A stretch of DNA of 64,000 bases from an uncultured Candidatus Peribacteria bacterium (lineage in GTDB: Bacteria; Patescibacteriota; Gracilibacteria; Peribacterales; Peribacteraceae), in contig CAZOJC010000002.1 in assembly GCA_964580035.1 (NCBI GenBank), positions 8,205-72,204 on the forward strand. The letters are read 5' to 3'. The notes beneath the pieces were generated by a model that ran no database searches, was not told the DNA's origin, and worked only from the letters and a program-made list of their open reading frames with translations. The translations under genes were made by a program, and so were the position numbers. This document shows positions 27,945-37,458 of this stretch, piece after piece (position 1 is the stretch's first letter; the number at the start of each line of letters is the position of its first letter).

Positions 27945-27971
27945 GATGACAGAGTAACACACTGCTGCTTA

Positions 27972-28487
27972 TCACAGAATGCGGCTATCATATGCCCAGT
28001 GCAAAAGCGCCTGACGCTGCTTTCTCCTGCAAGACAGATCTCCGCGATCACAGTTATTCTTCACTTGCGTCACGTGACGCTTCATCGCGAGCCACCTACG
28101 AATCTGCCGATCATCCTCCTCAGGCATTCTGCGGCCGCGATAGTAGCGACAGTACCACTGAAACCATCCTCGGGGATCCATGGGATGAATCCATCCTTTC
28201 CTCCGCCATTCATCTAGGGACTGGCTCGCATTCACGCCGAAATAATTGAGGGTAGGATCGTGCCGTTCATGACAGAGTTTTGCATTCGTAAACCAGTCGG
28301 CCGGAAATTCATCGCGACAGTCGGTCATATATTTTCCTCCGAATACACCGAGCGTAAGCATGTCTTTGGGAGTGATGTCTGGTTTGAAACGAGCATCAAA
28401 ATGCGCGCCCTCGGGTTCTGTGAGGGAGTACTGACAGTGCTGCATCAGATCATTGACCGTCACAATAATGCTTCTTTCTGCGTTCAT
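27972..28487 (-). CDS. conserved-looking hypothetical protein (171 aa), Trp/Arg/Cys-rich
   Basis: Clean ORF with a distinctive GWIHPMDPRGWFQWYCRYYRGRR block. The family was not identified. Confidence 0.55.
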   Translation of the reverse strand: MNAERSIIVTVNDLMQHCQYSLTEPEGAHFDARFKPDITPKDMLTLGVFGGKYMTDCRDEFPADWFTNAKLCHERHDPTLNYFGVNASQSLDEWRRKGWIHPMDPRGWFQWYCRYYRGRRMPEEDDRQIRRWLAMKRHVTQVKNNCDRGDLSCRRKQRQALLHWAYDSRIL

Positions 28488-28513
28488 CGGTAGCAGTGTA
28501 CAGAATACACCTC

Positions 28514-29353
28514 CTATCGTCTGCGCAACGCTTCAGTTTGGAGTCCGATTCCAAAGAGCAGTATCGCACTCAGGAGAAATATGGCTGAAAAGATGACGAC
28601 GAACGGCAAGTACAAGAGAGCCACAAGCAAGAGCAGCACGCTCACCACGCTACAGAGAATGCTCAGCAGTAAAAAAAATTTGAGAGGATTAAATGTGACG
28701 ACAACTTCTGTGACGTATTGCAATGTACGCAAAGAATCTCGTACGACACGAACTTTCGAACGTCCTATGCGTCTGCTATAGGAGATAGGAATGTATGTCA
28801 CGAGCTTCGCTGTGAGCATGTATATGAGTGTGATCGTCGTTGTGAAACTGAAGCCTTGGCACAGATGAGGGAAGTACGGCATCACTGTACTTTTTCTGAA
28901 GGCGCGTAACCCGGAATTGATGTCTGGAATGCTGCGACCGGTGACAAATTCGACGAGGAACTTCAGCACTATTCTGGCCGGCATCTTAAGGAACGAACCA
29001 CGATACGCAGTACCGCTACGCGCTCCCACGACCATCTCGAAGCCTTCCTCGATCTTGTGAATCAAGTGAGGGATAGATTCTATGGGATACGTGCCGTCGG
29101 CATCGGTGATGACGATGATATCGTTTTGCGCCATGCGAATGCCGTCCATGATGCTCTTGCCGTATCCTGCGTTACTTGGGTGCCTGATAACCGTAGCGTT
29201 GCACCTGCGTGCTGCGTCTGCTGTTGCATCTGTGGAACCGTCATCCACGACGATCACTTCTGGCGAGTGTGGCAGGGCACGAATGGCATCTACAACGAGT
29301 GCAATTGCCTTCTCTTCATTGAACGCCGGAACAATGACGCTGTAAGAAGTCAT
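28514..29353 (-). CDS. glycosyltransferase family 2, polyprenol-phosphate glycosyltransferase type (GtrB/ArnC-like)
   Basis: YSVIVPAFNEEKAI ... VIVVDDGSTDAT ... ITDADGTY, plus two C-terminal TM helices. ATG 29353 overlaps the upstream stop (ATGA). Confidence 0.85.
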   Translation of the reverse strand: MTSYSVIVPAFNEEKAIALVVDAIRALPHSPEVIVVDDGSTDATADAARRCNATVIRHPSNAGYGKSIMDGIRMAQNDIIVITDADGTYPIESIPHLIHKIEEGFEMVVGARSGTAYRGSFLKMPARIVLKFLVEFVTGRSIPDINSGLRAFRKSTVMPYFPHLCQGFSFTTTITLIYMLTAKLVTYIPISYSRRIGRSKVRVVRDSLRTLQYVTEVVVTFNPLKFFLLLSILCSVVSVLLLLVALLYLPFVVIFSAIFLLSAILLFGIGLQTEALRRR

Positions 29354-30603
29354 GATCGCTTGCGCACCCACGAAAAGAAATCAACGTATCCCACTGCAGA
29401 CAGTACCGCGTAACAGAAAATAATCGGCATCAGATATCTCGGTGTTGCATCTGTCAGCACAAACACACCGATAGTGTAGCCAATAACGAGCCAGAAAAAG
29501 AGCAATTCCTTGCGACGTAGTGCAGGCAGAGCGAAGAGGAAACCAATGTAGAGCACGACGGAGCCAAGAACTGCAAGCGAGTTATAGACAGCCCCCCAGC
29601 CGTTTACGTATGGCAAATGAAGCTCAACTACTTCCCAGAGAGAGAATGCAACGTAATTGGGAAAGTGCGTGAGAATCTTTGCCTTCCCCGACCGTGCTGC
29701 CGTCTCTGCATCCGTAATCATTGTACTATCTGGCCATCTGCGATGCATCAGGCCGTTAAAACTACAAGCATCGGAAAGCCCTGTCCAATCGCGAGAGATG
29801 TATTCCGCCCACAAGCATTTCGGAGCCTCAAAGAACGAGATGTTTTCAGCCTGCTCTCCTCGCACGTACCACATGACTGACGTGCGTGCCGAATCGATGA
29901 TCCTGAATTGTCCGTCTGCTTGGTAGTTTCGCGCTCCCCACAGCATCGTCAGAAGAAAAGGGAGCGCCACGAGAGCACTGAGAAAGCGCCACTTCCATCG
30001 ATACACGAACGCGAGCAGAAGGAAGAGAAGAGGTAGGAAGAAAAATGAGAGATACGTGAGCTGTATGGCGGCGATCATTATGCCGATGGCGATGGCCATT
30101 TTCCACGATTGAACGCGCCGAAACTCCAGAAACGCTGTAGACAGAAACAGCATGAGGGAGAGCACGAAACACTCTCTCATGACGAAGAATATCGTATGAA
30201 ATGTCGCAGGAAACAGGAGTAATAGAGCCAAGAATACATCACTCGTCGTGTCTTGCAGGCCAATCGTCTTGAGTCGCGACGAGAAGAGTACGGCTGCGAT
30301 GAGCAGGATCACTGCCTGACTAAGAAAAATCGCTGAAGCATTGCCAATGCCAAAAATTCTATAGATACTTGCAAGAAATACGCTGTACCCGGGCTCTCGG
30401 TATGCGTACGGCGTCACGCCGTCAAACGAGAAGAAGAGCTGCTGAGAGAGGTGTACAGCTGTCTGGTGGTACTGATTGGCATCGTCCCCAAACAAGCGCT
30501 CAGGGGGCAGGCTACTTCGCCCGATGAGCAACGCGCCCACAATACTACAGTAGACGAGTATGAGCCACGTTCTTCGCGCCGTTGCGTATCGCAGTATCTT
30601 CAT
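29350..30603 (-). CDS. polytopic GT-C type membrane glycosyltransferase (ArnT/PMT-like)
   Basis: More than 10 predicted TM helices. A DD motif (FGDDANQY) sits in the first loop. ATG 30603 overlaps the asnB-paralog stop (ATGA). Confidence 0.6.
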   Translation of the reverse strand: MKILRYATARRTWLILVYCSIVGALLIGRSSLPPERLFGDDANQYHQTAVHLSQQLFFSFDGVTPYAYREPGYSVFLASIYRIFGIGNASAIFLSQAVILLIAAVLFSSRLKTIGLQDTTSDVFLALLLLFPATFHTIFFVMRECFVLSLMLFLSTAFLEFRRVQSWKMAIAIGIMIAAIQLTYLSFFFLPLLFLLLAFVYRWKWRFLSALVALPFLLTMLWGARNYQADGQFRIIDSARTSVMWYVRGEQAENISFFEAPKCLWAEYISRDWTGLSDACSFNGLMHRRWPDSTMITDAETAARSGKAKILTHFPNYVAFSLWEVVELHLPYVNGWGAVYNSLAVLGSVVLYIGFLFALPALRRKELLFFWLVIGYTIGVFVLTDATPRYLMPIIFCYAVLSAVGYVDFFSWVRKRS

Positions 30604-32480
30604 GATTGTTTCCGTAACCAAGCATCGAGCCAGAGGAGCGCCCAAAGATGATCGCTGTAATCGATGTCGGAAGTATAGTACCGATGCAAGAAGCGTTCCA
30701 TCGAGGCGTACTCAAACATAGTGTAGAGCGGTGACTTGGCATCGAGGAGCCTCTCTGTCACGAAAGACCTTACATCAGTTCGAAACCATCTGTTGAGCGG
30801 CAGACGAAATCCTGACTTCTTTTTCGAAAGCGTCTCGCTTGGCAGGATATCTTTCAGTATCCGCTTTAAGATCCACTTTCTGTGTCTTCCGTGAAGCTTA
30901 ACTGTACTTGGCATGCGGGCAGTGCACTCGAGTAATTCATGATCCAAAAAGGGCGATCGCGCCTCCAGACCGTGAGCCATGGTTCCTAGGTCCATTTTTG
31001 TCATCAAGTCATCCGCGAGATATGTATCTCTATCCATGCTCATGGCACTGTGTACAAGATCGTCTCCGCGGAGACGTGCCTCGCTTGTGAGATGGGCATA
31101 CCAATCGTCGGTTCGCTGAAATGCTTCTGCAACGCCTTTCTTGTACAGTTGCCTCTTCTCTTCTTCGGTAAAAAAGCTGATGTAGTTCAAATATCGTTGA
31201 GGCCAAGGTAAGCCGATGCTCGATTGAAACCGATGACAACGATAGCTGAATGTGTCTTCTCTCAGGGCAAGCAGCGCTTCTGTTCCCATGCGCGTGAGCG
31301 AGTGGAGCAACGAAGGCATGCGCGCCCAGCGCTCTGAAAATCGCAGAATCGGATAGCGAACGTATCCTGCGAAGTTTTCATCTCCCCCATCGCCGCTCAG
31401 AGCGACTGTGACATTTTTTTTTGTCTCACGCGCAAGAAGATAGGTGGGGATAACGGAGGGATCTGCGAACGGCTCTTCGTAGGCCGTCACCAATTCATCG
31501 AGGAGGCACACGATGTCTGGCTCGAGAACGATTGGATGATGATTCGTACAGTAGAGCTTTGCGATACGCTCGGCGTCCGGTAACTCATTGTGTGATTCTT
31601 CTGGACTGCCGATGGAAAATGTCTCTATGGGCCTGTCGCTCTGCTTCGCCATGAATGCAACCACAGCTGCCGAGTCGACCCCGCCTGAGAGAAATGCGCC
31701 CACTGGCACGTCGGCAACCATTCGCAGTCGCACGCTCTCAGTGAGTATCGCTCGCACGTCTTCTTCCCACTCAGAAAGCGAGCGTGAGTGATCGACGGTG
31801 TTCTTCAGCTGCCAGTAACGACCTTTCGACACTCTCCCCGCAGTAAGATCGACACGCATCCAGTGAGCGGCAGGCAATTTTTCTATCCCTGCGATTCCGG
31901 TGCAAGGGGAAGGAACGTACATCATCGTGAGAAAATGATGTATCGCTTCGGTATCCACTGCCGTTGGGCATTCTGGCAATGTGCGTAGTGCTTTCATTTC
32001 TGAAGCGAATGCAAATGTGGTGCCGGCGTGAAAGAATTTTATGGGCTTCTTGCCCACCCGGTCTCGTGCGAGAAATAGGCAGTGCTTCTTCTTGTCAAAG
32101 ACGGCAAATGCAAACATGCCACGCAAATACTGGAGGCAATTTTCACCGAATTCCTGATACAGAGCGAGTAGCACTTCCGTATCCCCAGATGACACGAATC
32201 TGCACCCTCGCTTCTCCAGCATCGATCGTAGGGCCTGAAAGTTATAGATTTCACCGTTGAATACGAGGACATGATTGTTATCTTGAGAAATCATTGGCTG
32301 CTGTGCTGCCGCAGATACGTCAATGACAGACAGGCGACGGTGACCAAGCCCGACTGCTCTCTCAAGGCAGACGCCTCCGCCGTCAGGTCCTCGATGGCTC
32401 AATGCATCCGTCATGCGCTGAAGCAGTACACCATCCACCTCTGAGCCGTCTAACTTCACGATGCCGCATATACCGCACAT
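30600..32480 (-). CDS. asnB: asparagine synthase (glutamine-hydrolysing) family amidotransferase, paralog 2
   Basis: N-terminal nucleophile MCGICG. Contains the GATase-II block and the PP-loop FLSGGVDSA. Confidence 0.85.
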   Translation of the reverse strand: MCGICGIVKLDGSEVDGVLLQRMTDALSHRGPDGGGVCLERAVGLGHRRLSVIDVSAAAQQPMISQDNNHVLVFNGEIYNFQALRSMLEKRGCRFVSSGDTEVLLALYQEFGENCLQYLRGMFAFAVFDKKKHCLFLARDRVGKKPIKFFHAGTTFAFASEMKALRTLPECPTAVDTEAIHHFLTMMYVPSPCTGIAGIEKLPAAHWMRVDLTAGRVSKGRYWQLKNTVDHSRSLSEWEEDVRAILTESVRLRMVADVPVGAFLSGGVDSAAVVAFMAKQSDRPIETFSIGSPEESHNELPDAERIAKLYCTNHHPIVLEPDIVCLLDELVTAYEEPFADPSVIPTYLLARETKKNVTVALSGDGGDENFAGYVRYPILRFSERWARMPSLLHSLTRMGTEALLALREDTFSYRCHRFQSSIGLPWPQRYLNYISFFTEEEKRQLYKKGVAEAFQRTDDWYAHLTSEARLRGDDLVHSAMSMDRDTYLADDLMTKMDLGTMAHGLEARSPFLDHELLECTARMPSTVKLHGRHRKWILKRILKDILPSETLSKKKSGFRLPLNRWFRTDVRSFVTERLLDAKSPLYTMFEYASMERFLHRYYTSDIDYSDHLWALLWLDAWLRKQS

Positions 32481-32496
32481 ATCGTGGAGTATAAAG

Positions 32497-33801
32497 ATGC
32501 ACGCAGTGTTACACTACCCCATGATGACTCGTTTCTCTGGCATATGGCTGGCCCCCTTGCTCACCGCAGTTGGCAGGAAATTACATATTGATGCGCATTA
32601 CTTTGCGAAAAATTCGTTTTTCGTGCTCGTCGGACAAGCCCTTTCGATCGTGCGCGGGGTCGTCACGGGGTACCTCGTCACTCGATTCTTTTCGACTCAA
32701 GTGTACGGCGAATATCAATTCATTCTCAGTGTAATGGGGATGCTCTCTCTCTTCACGTTCATGGGTGCTTCGACTGCCGTCAGCCGAGCGTGGAGTCGTG
32801 ATGATCACTTTTCTCTCAATGCGGTATCTCTGTATCAAGCAAAGCTTTGCCTCGTAGGATCGCTAATTCTCGTTGGATCGATTCCGTTCCTTAGCTGGTA
32901 TGATCGCCAGTCGCTCTGGCCGCTGTTCTTGGCTGCAGCAGTGATTTTTCCTCTCCCACCGCTCGCAATGCTACGATTTCCTGCCTACGCCATCGGCAAG
33001 GGACGGTTTGATCTCACGCTGCAAGCAGGGTTCGTGTGGACGATACTCGTCATTCTGAGCACGCTCGCGATTCTCATTTTTTGGCAGTCATCGATACTCA
33101 TGCTCATTACAGGCACAGCAATTCCGCCCCTCGTCTACTTCTGGTACGGACGGCATATACGCTCTCCTCAAGAGTCTGGCGACAGAGAGGCGACCAAAAA
33201 AATCATTCGGTACGGATGGCACCTCACACTGTCCACGCTGCCGGTGGAACTCGTGTGGTACATCGACAGACTGCTCATCTCTCACTATCTAGGGCTCGCA
33301 CAACTTGCCACGTTTTCCGTCGCGCTGCTCATTCCTGAGCAAGCAAAAGTGCTCTTAAAACAACTGCTGCCAATCTCATTTTCTCGGCAAGCAAAGATCA
33401 AAGACTCGCATGAAAGCAGGCGAAAACTCATGAAAGTGGTCCTACTTGGCACCGCGCTGTTCGCTCTTGGCATCGCGGTATACATCGCGATATGTCCGAT
33501 TATCATTCCCCTGCTCTTCCCTCGCTACGATGCCACGCAGGTGATATGGCTGACGTCACTTGCCGCAATCACCCTCATCGTTCAACCGATGTCCCTCTTC
33601 TCGCAGCACCTTGAGGCTCGCCGCATGATTCGAGAGTTATGGATAACCAATTGTGTTTCCTCTGTCGTATTCCTCGTTTCCCTTCTTGTTCTTATACCTT
33701 GGTACGGTCTTGCGGGAGCAATTATCGCACGCGGTATTTTTCGATGTATTTCCTCAGGAATCACGTGTTGGTACATTGTTCGCCTGCCGATACGAGAGTA
33801 G
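32497..33801 (+). CDS. polysaccharide/oligosaccharide flippase (MOP/Wzx-like)
   Basis: Multi-TM protein (12 or more helices) with an N-terminus typical of polysaccharide biosynthesis proteins (NSFFVLVGQALSIVRGVVTGYLVTRFFS). The start is ATG 32497 or 32521 rather than 32461, which would overlap the divergent asnB paralog. Confidence 0.65.
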   Translation: MHAVLHYPMMTRFSGIWLAPLLTAVGRKLHIDAHYFAKNSFFVLVGQALSIVRGVVTGYLVTRFFSTQVYGEYQFILSVMGMLSLFTFMGASTAVSRAWSRDDHFSLNAVSLYQAKLCLVGSLILVGSIPFLSWYDRQSLWPLFLAAAVIFPLPPLAMLRFPAYAIGKGRFDLTLQAGFVWTILVILSTLAILIFWQSSILMLITGTAIPPLVYFWYGRHIRSPQESGDREATKKIIRYGWHLTLSTLPVELVWYIDRLLISHYLGLAQLATFSVALLIPEQAKVLLKQLLPISFSRQAKIKDSHESRRKLMKVVLLGTALFALGIAVYIAICPIIIPLLFPRYDATQVIWLTSLAAITLIVQPMSLFSQHLEARRMIRELWITNCVSSVVFLVSLLVLIPWYGLAGAIIARGIFRCISSGITCWYIVRLPIRE

Positions 33802-33866
33802 AGGATAACGCTCGTATCCGTCCTCAAACTATGCTATAATCAAGAGATACCCGTACATTTACGGCA

Positions 33867-35222
33867 ATGCCACTCAATATACAAGAACACCAACAAGCAA
33901 TCGTGAAGCAAATTTGGCGCTTGCGTGCGAAATTTCCAGTGTATGCGTACGAAAAATATCGCATTCACGTCTTGCAGGAGCGAGGCAAGGATTTTCCTCT
34001 CGGTAGTTACGAATCCACCATCCAAGAGTCGATGTCTGCGCGTTACTGCGATGGGTGGGTAAGCAACGATTTTTCAGTCATCATACAGGCACTCGATGCT
34101 CTCGAGCAGGAGCATCACTACGAATGCCGCGAAACGTACCAGCAATTCCTCGACCAATACCGGCAGCGAATGAAGAATGCGAGTAATCCTGCGGAAGAAG
34201 AGATGGCATGGCGAGACTCCGTCAATTCCATCCATCGGCTCCATCTCACTGAGGATGCAGAAGAATTACGTCGCCGTGGGCCTCCGAAGGAAATGCCAGA
34301 ATGGATGAATAAAAAGCGAAGGTATGCAAAATTCTTCCTCGAACACTCTGCGGACGTGACAGCTTCGCCTCTCAAAACAGCACTCGCATTCACGCTGCTC
34401 GGATGCGGGATGGTCTTTCTCACGCTTGCCATTCAGTGGGAGCTCAATCCGTCTTCTCTGCCGCTTCCTGAAAATATCACCGCTGCAAGACACAAAAAAA
34501 ATGACGGCGTTATCAACTCGGGCAGCGGCGTTCTGCTCCCTGATAAACCGCTCACGCCTCCGGAAATGGAAGAGGAGAAACAATACAAAGAAAAGCTGAA
34601 GGCAGAGGTGCCGATCGTGCCGCTTACAACTTCGCCTGAACCCAATCGCTTCAGTGATTTGAGCGGATCGAGTGCAGTCGTTCTCGCTGCCAATAAGTTG
34701 GCGACACGGGGCATTATTGCAGGGTATCCTGACGGAACATTCCGACCTAATGCGACCATCATTCGAGCGGAAATAATTAAAATTCTGGTCCTCGCAAGAT
34801 TTGGCTGGCAGATTTCTAACAATGTAAGCACGCTCTTCACCGATGTCTCGACAGACGACTGGTTTAACCAGTACATGGATACGGCGGCAAAGTATGCCAT
34901 CGTCTCGACTCGGAACGGCACGATGTTCTATCCGGCGAAAGAAGTGAACACGGCGGAATTTATCTCAATGGTTGGCATCGCATTCGATCTTCCAGTGAAC
35001 GAACGCTATCAGTACAAAGACGTTGACCCTCGGAGAGGATTTGCTCGGTATGCGGGCGCAGTGCAGAGGCTTAAGCTGCTGCCGAGGCACCCGGAGCTCC
35101 TCGAACCTGCAAAGCCCATCACGAGAGGGGAAGCGGCGATGGCAATTCTCTCGCTGTTGGTTCAAGGAAATAGTGAAAAGCGGGATGCAGCACTCGAATC
35201 ATCGGACGCACGCGGCAACTGA
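33867..35222 (+). CDS. membrane-anchored protein with three C-terminal S-layer-homology (SLH) repeats
   Basis: FSDLSGSSAVVLAANKLATRGIIAGYPDGTFRPNATIIRAEIIKIL, followed by FTDVSTDDWF... and YKDVDPRRGF... repeats. There is a central TM helix. Confidence 0.7.
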   Translation: MPLNIQEHQQAIVKQIWRLRAKFPVYAYEKYRIHVLQERGKDFPLGSYESTIQESMSARYCDGWVSNDFSVIIQALDALEQEHHYECRETYQQFLDQYRQRMKNASNPAEEEMAWRDSVNSIHRLHLTEDAEELRRRGPPKEMPEWMNKKRRYAKFFLEHSADVTASPLKTALAFTLLGCGMVFLTLAIQWELNPSSLPLPENITAARHKKNDGVINSGSGVLLPDKPLTPPEMEEEKQYKEKLKAEVPIVPLTTSPEPNRFSDLSGSSAVVLAANKLATRGIIAGYPDGTFRPNATIIRAEIIKILVLARFGWQISNNVSTLFTDVSTDDWFNQYMDTAAKYAIVSTRNGTMFYPAKEVNTAEFISMVGIAFDLPVNERYQYKDVDPRRGFARYAGAVQRLKLLPRHPELLEPAKPITRGEAAMAILSLLVQGNSEKRDAALESSDARGN

Positions 35223-35280
35223 CAGTTCAGTTACGCTCATTTGTGAGGACAGGCGACGATAATGCTGATACTCTCTTTAC

Positions 35281-36525
35281 ATGAGCACAGAGAGAAGACC
35301 GCTTCGCATCATGTTCCTCACGATCTTCATCGATCTGCTTGGAGTTGGCATTCTCATTCCAGTGATCCCTCAGTTACTTGGCAATCCGGCATCGCCGCAG
35401 TACCTGTTGCCAGATAGCCTGACGACGCAGGAAGGATACGTGCTTTTTGGCTTTCTACTTGCAATGTATCCGCTTGCTCAATTTTTCTCGACCCCAATTC
35501 TCGGACAGCTATCAGACCGCATAGGCAGACGACCCGTTCTCGTTGTCTCCATGGCAGGCACGGCTATCGGGTACGCAATTTTCGCTCTCGGCATCCACCT
35601 CGCGAGCATTCCGCTCCTCTTTGCTTCTCGCATTCTCGATGGCATCACGGGCGGCAATCTCTCTGTGGCTCAAGCGGTGATCGCAGATATCACTCCGCCG
35701 GATCAACGATCCAAACACTTCGGCTTCGTGGGCGCAATTTTCGGACTCGGCTTCATACTCGGACCCGCAATCGGAGGCCAACTGGCCGATTCGAGTATTC
35801 ACCCCCTGTTCACTGCTGCGACACCTTTTTGGTTCGCCACCGTGCTCTCAGCTTTCAATACACTGCTCATCTGGCTCTTCTTAAAGGAAACTAACAAACA
35901 TCGTGTAGCTGCAACAATCGAGTGGACGCGGTCTATCAGCAATATTATCCGGGCGTTCTCTCTGCCCGCTCTCCGCCCTCTCTTTCTGGTCGGATTTCTC
36001 TTCCAGAGCGGATTTTCATTCTTCACGTCATTCTTTGGCATCTACCTCATCGTTCGCTTCAGGTTTGACGAATCGGATATCGGCTACTTCTTCGCCTACA
36101 TCGGCATCTGCGTTGCGCTCACGCAAGTGTTCCTCACTCCTTTCGTTGCACGGAGATGGAAAGAGCAACGAGTGCTCTCTGTGTCGCTCGCGGCAACAGG
36201 CGTCGTCGTCTTTCTCTTCCTTCAGCCGGGCCCATGGCCTCTCTTACTCGCGATTGTACCGTTCTTTTCAGTGTGTAACGGTCTGTCGCAGGCAAATTTT
36301 ATGGGGCTTCTGAGTCGATTGGCGGGGGCACAGGTGCAGGGTGAAGTGCTCGGCATCAATGCGAGTCTTGGGGCTCTCTCACAGGCCATTCCGGCTATTC
36401 TCTCTGGCGTCATTGCCGCAGGCTCTGCTCCGTCTGTCCCTCTGCTCATTGCAGGACTCGTGATGATTGCAGGCGGCATCGTCTTCCGCTCTTCGCTCGG
36501 TGCTCGGCGAGCCCTCTCATCATGA
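35281..36525 (+). CDS. MFS transporter (drug/H+ antiporter, TCR/Tet-like)
   Basis: 12-TM pattern. The N-terminus reads FLTIFIDLLGVGILIPVIP, and motif A is GQLSDRIGRRPVL. Confidence 0.85.
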   Translation: MSTERRPLRIMFLTIFIDLLGVGILIPVIPQLLGNPASPQYLLPDSLTTQEGYVLFGFLLAMYPLAQFFSTPILGQLSDRIGRRPVLVVSMAGTAIGYAIFALGIHLASIPLLFASRILDGITGGNLSVAQAVIADITPPDQRSKHFGFVGAIFGLGFILGPAIGGQLADSSIHPLFTAATPFWFATVLSAFNTLLIWLFLKETNKHRVAATIEWTRSISNIIRAFSLPALRPLFLVGFLFQSGFSFFTSFFGIYLIVRFRFDESDIGYFFAYIGICVALTQVFLTPFVARRWKEQRVLSVSLAATGVVVFLFLQPGPWPLLLAIVPFFSVCNGLSQANFMGLLSRLAGAQVQGEVLGINASLGALSQAIPAILSGVIAAGSAPSVPLLIAGLVMIAGGIVFRSSLGARRALSS

Positions 36526-37361
36526 CGAAACGGCTCATCGTATCGGCGGACGATCTTGGAGTGAATGTGCAAAGATCACACGGGATTTTCCAGTGCTTTG
36601 AAGAAGGAATAGTGACGAATGCCAGCCTCGTGTGCAACGGTGCCGATAGCGTTCGCGCCGCGCGTGTCGCCTCGCAAAAGCATCTCCCCACTGGGCTTCA
36701 CATCAATCTCACGGAGGAGTACCCGCTCAGTGCGCGGCAGGATATTGCCTCGCTCGTGGAAGGCAGCGGAGCATTTTTGGAACACAGTAAGCTGAGGGAC
36801 GCTCTCGAGAAACGGCTCATTTATAGCGCTCACATCGAGCGGGAGATCCGCGCGCAGGTGGAATGGTTCTTTGAGCATCGTGGTATGCCCACGCACGTAT
36901 CTTCTCGACATCACGTCCATATCATTCCCGAGGTTGCCCACGCTCTCTTGGCCTCGCTCGAGCGCTACGGCATCCGATTCGTTCGCATTCCGTGTGAGAA
37001 ACCTCTGCCTCCATGGGGATACATCGTTTCAGAAGAAACGCTTGCAAGCACACAAGCACTGAACGCTCAAGCAGAAAAAGCGAGAGAGCTCTACCAGGCA
37101 TTCGGCATTGAGAGCACGGATCACTTTCGCGGGCTCACGCTCCTTTCCAATGCTTCGCGAAAGAATTTGCGGCACGTCATCAATAAACTTGAAGAAGGCA
37201 CCACCGAACTCATGGTGCATCCTGGTAATCCCATCACGTATGGCACTCCCTTTGACCTAGATCCGCAACGGCAAACAGAACTTCGCATGCTCACTGATCC
37301 GAGCATTTTTGAGTGTGTGAACGAAAAGGGACTGATGCTCTGTTCGTTTAGCGATCTGTGA
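36522..37361 (+). CDS. ChbG/HpnK/YdjC-family carbohydrate deacetylase
   Basis: LIVSADDLGVNVQRSHGIFQCFEEGIVTNASL, plus HxH-type metal ligands (SRHHVH). ATGA overlap with the MFS gene. Confidence 0.8.
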   Translation: MTKRLIVSADDLGVNVQRSHGIFQCFEEGIVTNASLVCNGADSVRAARVASQKHLPTGLHINLTEEYPLSARQDIASLVEGSGAFLEHSKLRDALEKRLIYSAHIEREIRAQVEWFFEHRGMPTHVSSRHHVHIIPEVAHALLASLERYGIRFVRIPCEKPLPPWGYIVSEETLASTQALNAQAEKARELYQAFGIESTDHFRGLTLLSNASRKNLRHVINKLEEGTTELMVHPGNPITYGTPFDLDPQRQTELRMLTDPSIFECVNEKGLMLCSFSDL

Positions 37362-37458
37362 GAGGCGGTGATAATGAATACTTTTTGTATTCAAATAGTG
37401 TTGTTGGTAGTATATTTTCTACTACACTGACAATCAGTCAATTCTTCATTCTATTCTC

